NCBI GenBank assembly: GCA_040754455.1
Contig: JBFMCP010000007.1
Location: forward strand, 27,379 to 91,378
Reading direction: 5' to 3'
DNA length: 64,000 bases
Source of the DNA: Nitrospirota bacterium
GTDB lineage: Bacteria; Nitrospirota; Thermodesulfovibrionia; Thermodesulfovibrionales; Dissulfurispiraceae
The translations under genes were made by a program, and so were the position numbers. Of the stretch, positions 60,980 through 64,000 are shown one piece after another. Below the pieces are notes generated by a model. That model had not been told where the DNA came from. It did not search any database and worked only from the letters and a program-made list of their open reading frames with translations. Positions within the stretch are counted from its first letter, which is position 1; every line of letters begins with the position of its first letter.

Positions 60980-61258
60980 ATGATTAAGTCGTTTGCGCAC
61001 AAGGGACTTGAGAGGTTTTACCGTACCGGAAGCACCTCTGGTATTCAGGCCATCCATGCAAAGCAGCTCAGGCTTATTCTCACGCTCCTTGACGCGGCGA
61101 GCTCGATCGAAGGCATGAACGTTCTCTCCCTGAGGTTACACAAACTGAAAGGCGAGAGAAAAGATATCTGGGCGGTAACGGTACAGTCCAACTGGCGCGT
61201 TACCTTCCGGTTTGAAAACGGCAATGTAGAAGTCGTGAACTACGAGGACTGCCATTAA
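60980..61258 (+). CDS. higB: HigB (RelE superfamily) toxin with Y91C
   Basis: MIKSFAHKGL, LHKLKG, NWRVTFRF and NYEDCH motifs. Confidence 0.92.
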   Translation: MIKSFAHKGLERFYRTGSTSGIQAIHAKQLRLILTLLDAASSIEGMNVLSLRLHKLKGERKDIWAVTVQSNWRVTFRFENGNVEVVNYEDCH

Positions 61259-61273
61259 GGAGGGTTGTACAAA

Positions 61274-61343
61274 ATGGCTATGCATAATCCGGCTCACCCG
61301 GGAGAGGTTTTAAAAGGACTCAGGCTTGAGCCTATGGGGATGT
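61274..61343 (+). pseudogene. higA: HigA antitoxin 5' fragment interrupted by IS21
   Basis: AAGGAGG RBS; MAMHNPAHPGEVL; cut after about 23 codons by the IS end. Confidence 0.88.
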
Positions 61344-61397
61344 TGTTAATCGGCATCGAATATTGACCCACCATCGGCGTCCAATTTTGACCCACCC

Positions 61398-62144
61398 CTA
61401 GCGGTCGTTTTTCTTTGCGTTTCTCGTCTTGATTCTCCAGCTATCGTTTCCGGTCTCAATGATATCACAGTGATGCGTCACCCTGTCCAGAAGGGCAGTG
61501 GTCATCTTGCTGTCGGCAAAGACCTGCGGCCATTCTCCAAACGTCAGGTTAGTGGTGATCAGCAGCGAGGTCCGCTCATAGAGCTTCGATATCAGGTGAA
61601 ACAGAAGCTGTCCGCCGTTTTTTGAAAACGGCAGATATCCCAACTCATCCAGCACCACAAGGTCGAGCCGAGCAAGACTATCCGCCAGCTTGCCTCCTCG
61701 ACCGGCCATCTTCTCCTGTTCAAGCTGGTTAACCAGATCCACTACATTGAAGTACCGTCCTCGGCTGCCCTCCTTGATCGCCTGACGTGCTATGGCTATA
61801 GCCAAATGGGTCTTACCAGTACCGGTGCCCCCGATGAAGATGATGTTACTGTGTGTGGAGAGGAAGCCTCCCTGATACAGAGAGCGGACCTGTGCCTCAT
61901 TAACCCCGGAACTGCTGAAGTCGAATCGGTCAAGATCCTTGTCCACGGGGAAGCGTGCCAGTCCCAGGCGGTACCGGATGCCTCGGGCAGTACGCTCCCC
62001 CACTTCGGCCTCCAGAAGATCCATCAGCATTCGTTCCGGCGTGCGGCGCTGCTTTATGCCTCCTGCCAGCACTTCATCAAGAGCACTCCTCATACCATGC
62101 AGCTTCAGCTGTTCCATTGTCTCCATAAGCTTATCCCTGAGCAC
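61398..62144 (-). CDS. istB: IS21 helper ATPase IstB
   Basis: [24 protein letters not shown] and ALLDRVTHH motifs. Confidence 0.96.
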   Translation of the reverse strand: MLRDKLMETMEQLKLHGMRSALDEVLAGGIKQRRTPERMLMDLLEAEVGERTARGIRYRLGLARFPVDKDLDRFDFSSSGVNEAQVRSLYQGGFLSTHSNIIFIGGTGTGKTHLAIAIARQAIKEGSRGRYFNVVDLVNQLEQEKMAGRGGKLADSLARLDLVVLDELGYLPFSKNGGQLLFHLISKLYERTSLLITTNLTFGEWPQVFADSKMTTALLDRVTHHCDIIETGNDSWRIKTRNAKKNDR

Positions 62145-63648
62145 AGGTGCCTCCACAGAGCAGCTCGTCATAGCGGTTGCAGTTTGCCAGGGGCGGCTCC
62201 TTCAGGACTGGCAGATGCGAGGGAAGCTCACACTCTGCCATCTCCACAGAAGCATGAGGGCGTGACAGGATAGTGAACACCACGTCACGGCTATAGAGTC
62301 CTGAGGCAAGAGCCTCTGCGCATGCCTCCGTTACCGCTTTCAGTCCATACATGGCTATCGCTCCCAGAATGCCTACGAACTGCCGGTCCCCATCAGGTCT
62401 CCTGGAGAGAGCCTGCCTCACTTCAGCAAGTGGCGCAGGTAGCTCCCAATGCTTGAAAGGTGCTCCGTTACGCAGGGCTCCGGGTTTATGTTTGAGCACA
62501 TCAACGTAGTGCCAGGGATCATAGACAACCTTATCGCGGCCAAACTGGCGGCTATGCTCACCCACTACCGTACCGTCATGAACAATGACAATACGGCCTG
62601 CATAAGCCCGCAGCATTACCGTCCTGCCGACGGCAGAGGCATTGACGCTGTAGCGGTTACGGTCATAGGCAACCAGTGCCGTGGTCGATACTCGGGCAGG
62701 TATCTCTTTATAGCCGTCGAAGGGTGAGCTTACTGCCATCAGATGCTCCTTCTCCAGGGCAAAGTACTCAGCCACAGTGCGGTCTTTGAACTCGGGATGC
62801 TTATGCCCGGCGGCAATGGTCCGGCATCGGTCCTGGAGCCACTGGTTAAGCTCCTCGATATCGGCAAACTTCAACCGGGGAACGAATAGGCGCTGACGAA
62901 TGAATTTGACCTGATTCTCCACCTGTCCCTTCTCCCAGCCTGCTGCCGGAGTGCAGGCTACCGGCTCAAACAGATAGTGGGATGCCATGGTCTGAAACCG
63001 GCGGTTGAACTGCCGGTCCTTGCCCATCATGATCTTGGTCACGACGGTCTTGAGGTTATCGTAGATGCCCTTGCGGCAAACGCCGCCAAAGAACTCGAAG
63101 GCTCTCATATGGGCATCAAGCACCATCTCAAGGCTCTCGCGGTGATACGCCACACAGAACTGCATCCGGCTATAGCAGAGCCGGAAGTGGGCCACCTTCA
63201 CTTTGAGGACAACCCCTCCGAGCTCAACCAGTTCATGGCTCCAGTCGAACTGAAACGCTTCTGCCGGATCAAAGGTCTGCGGGATGTATGCTATAGCCTT
63301 CTTGCCCTCTTCAGACTTCCGCCACTTCTGAACGTAGCGCCGCACGCTATCGTAGCCGCCTTCAAAGCCTTGGCGTTGCAGCTCTTCAAAGAGCACCACG
63401 GCAGTACGTTGCTGCCGGGAAGGCTTTGCGGCATCCGCTTCAAGATACCCCGACAGCATGGTCTGAAAGAGGGCAAGCTTCGGCATCGGTTGTGCCTTGC
63501 GATCATAGACGAACTCGGTGGCATTGCCTCGGAGGACCTTCTTTACGGTGTTACGGGACAGGTTGAACTCACGGGCTATCTGCCGGATCGACCTCTTGTC
63601 CCTCTGGTACGCGACACGAATCTTACGGATGGTTTCCACTATCAGCAT
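62131..63648 (-). CDS. istA: IS21 transposase IstA
   Basis: N-terminal HTH; FQFDW, YDNLKT, WEKGQVE and NRYSV motifs. Confidence 0.96.
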   Translation of the reverse strand: MLIVETIRKIRVAYQRDKRSIRQIAREFNLSRNTVKKVLRGNATEFVYDRKAQPMPKLALFQTMLSGYLEADAAKPSRQQRTAVVLFEELQRQGFEGGYDSVRRYVQKWRKSEEGKKAIAYIPQTFDPAEAFQFDWSHELVELGGVVLKVKVAHFRLCYSRMQFCVAYHRESLEMVLDAHMRAFEFFGGVCRKGIYDNLKTVVTKIMMGKDRQFNRRFQTMASHYLFEPVACTPAAGWEKGQVENQVKFIRQRLFVPRLKFADIEELNQWLQDRCRTIAAGHKHPEFKDRTVAEYFALEKEHLMAVSSPFDGYKEIPARVSTTALVAYDRNRYSVNASAVGRTVMLRAYAGRIVIVHDGTVVGEHSRQFGRDKVVYDPWHYVDVLKHKPGALRNGAPFKHWELPAPLAEVRQALSRRPDGDRQFVGILGAIAMYGLKAVTEACAEALASGLYSRDVVFTILSRPHASVEMAECELPSHLPVLKEPPLANCNRYDELLCGGTCAQG

Positions 63649-63766
63649 CTCCTTTCATGTACTCCTCTCTGTTTCATTACAGAGAGCATGCAGTATCCGC
63701 TGAGGTGGGTCAATTTTGGACGCCGATTACGGCCTAAAGTGGGTCAATTTTGCACGCCGGTTAACA

Positions 63767-64000
63767 CCTGCAGGAGAACTTCTGCCGACCGTCCTCTCAG
63801 AGACCACATCGAGCGCAGGGGGGGAAACAGCAGCAGATCGGTCTCATCCTCAAACAACAGCACACTGCGAGGGGGCAATCCTCTGATCTTACAGATGATT
63901 TTTCTTTTTTTTCTCCCGATCGGGATCGGGTGCAAGTACGTACCGAGGGCGTTTCCATATATAGCCTAAGCGCTGGAGTTCGCGCCGAACGGTCTCATCA
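63767..64000 (-). pseudogene. IS630 family transposase fragment truncated by IS21
   Basis: ETVRRELQRLGYIWKRPRY (winged HTH), a frame change at A8, then LFEDETDLLLFPPLRSMW..RG (start of the DDE domain). Confidence 0.8.

Larger units (their letters stand above)
61344..63766 (-). mobile_element. IS21 family insertion sequence
   Basis: TG...CA ends (TGTTAATCGGC / GCCGGTTAACA), repeated ATTGACCCAC-like subterminal motifs, istA-istB. Confidence 0.95.

Noticed and set aside
59766..61343. Integrase and att site of a tRNA-anchored island
   Set aside because: No integrase and no duplicated tRNA 3' end are visible within the window.

Overview
Gene-dense bacterial chromosomal window, probably from an anaerobic Nitrospirota (Thermodesulfovibrionia-like) or a related deltaproteobacteria-like lineage (inferred from gene content and order, not from a marker gene). 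It carries the distal dcw cluster (murG-murC-ddl-ftsQAZ, no murB), ilvC-psd-pssA-leuA and leuC, a 10-CxxCH OTR-like cytochrome, a TetR-controlled YbhGFSR-like efflux operon, cooF-cooS and an eRF1-like (baeRF) gene. The main candidate for a new system is a sigma54-controlled cluster that combines a PadBCD-like molybdoenzyme with an MBL-fold hydrolase and a PrpE-type acyl-CoA synthetase, without the rest of the phenylacetate pad pathway. This may be an undescribed anaerobic alpha-oxidation route for short-chain acyl-CoA. Other points of interest are a c-di-GMP-I riboswitch upstream of HU, a promoter-equipped structured sRNA candidate, palindromic elements inserted in frame in genes, and heptamer-based inverted repeats at operon junctions. 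Downstream of tRNA-Pro(GGG) lies a mobile region with a higBA locus broken by IS21, whose toxin has Cys at the position of catalytic Tyr91, followed by a truncated IS630 element. All family calls come from motif recognition by eye, with no database searches.
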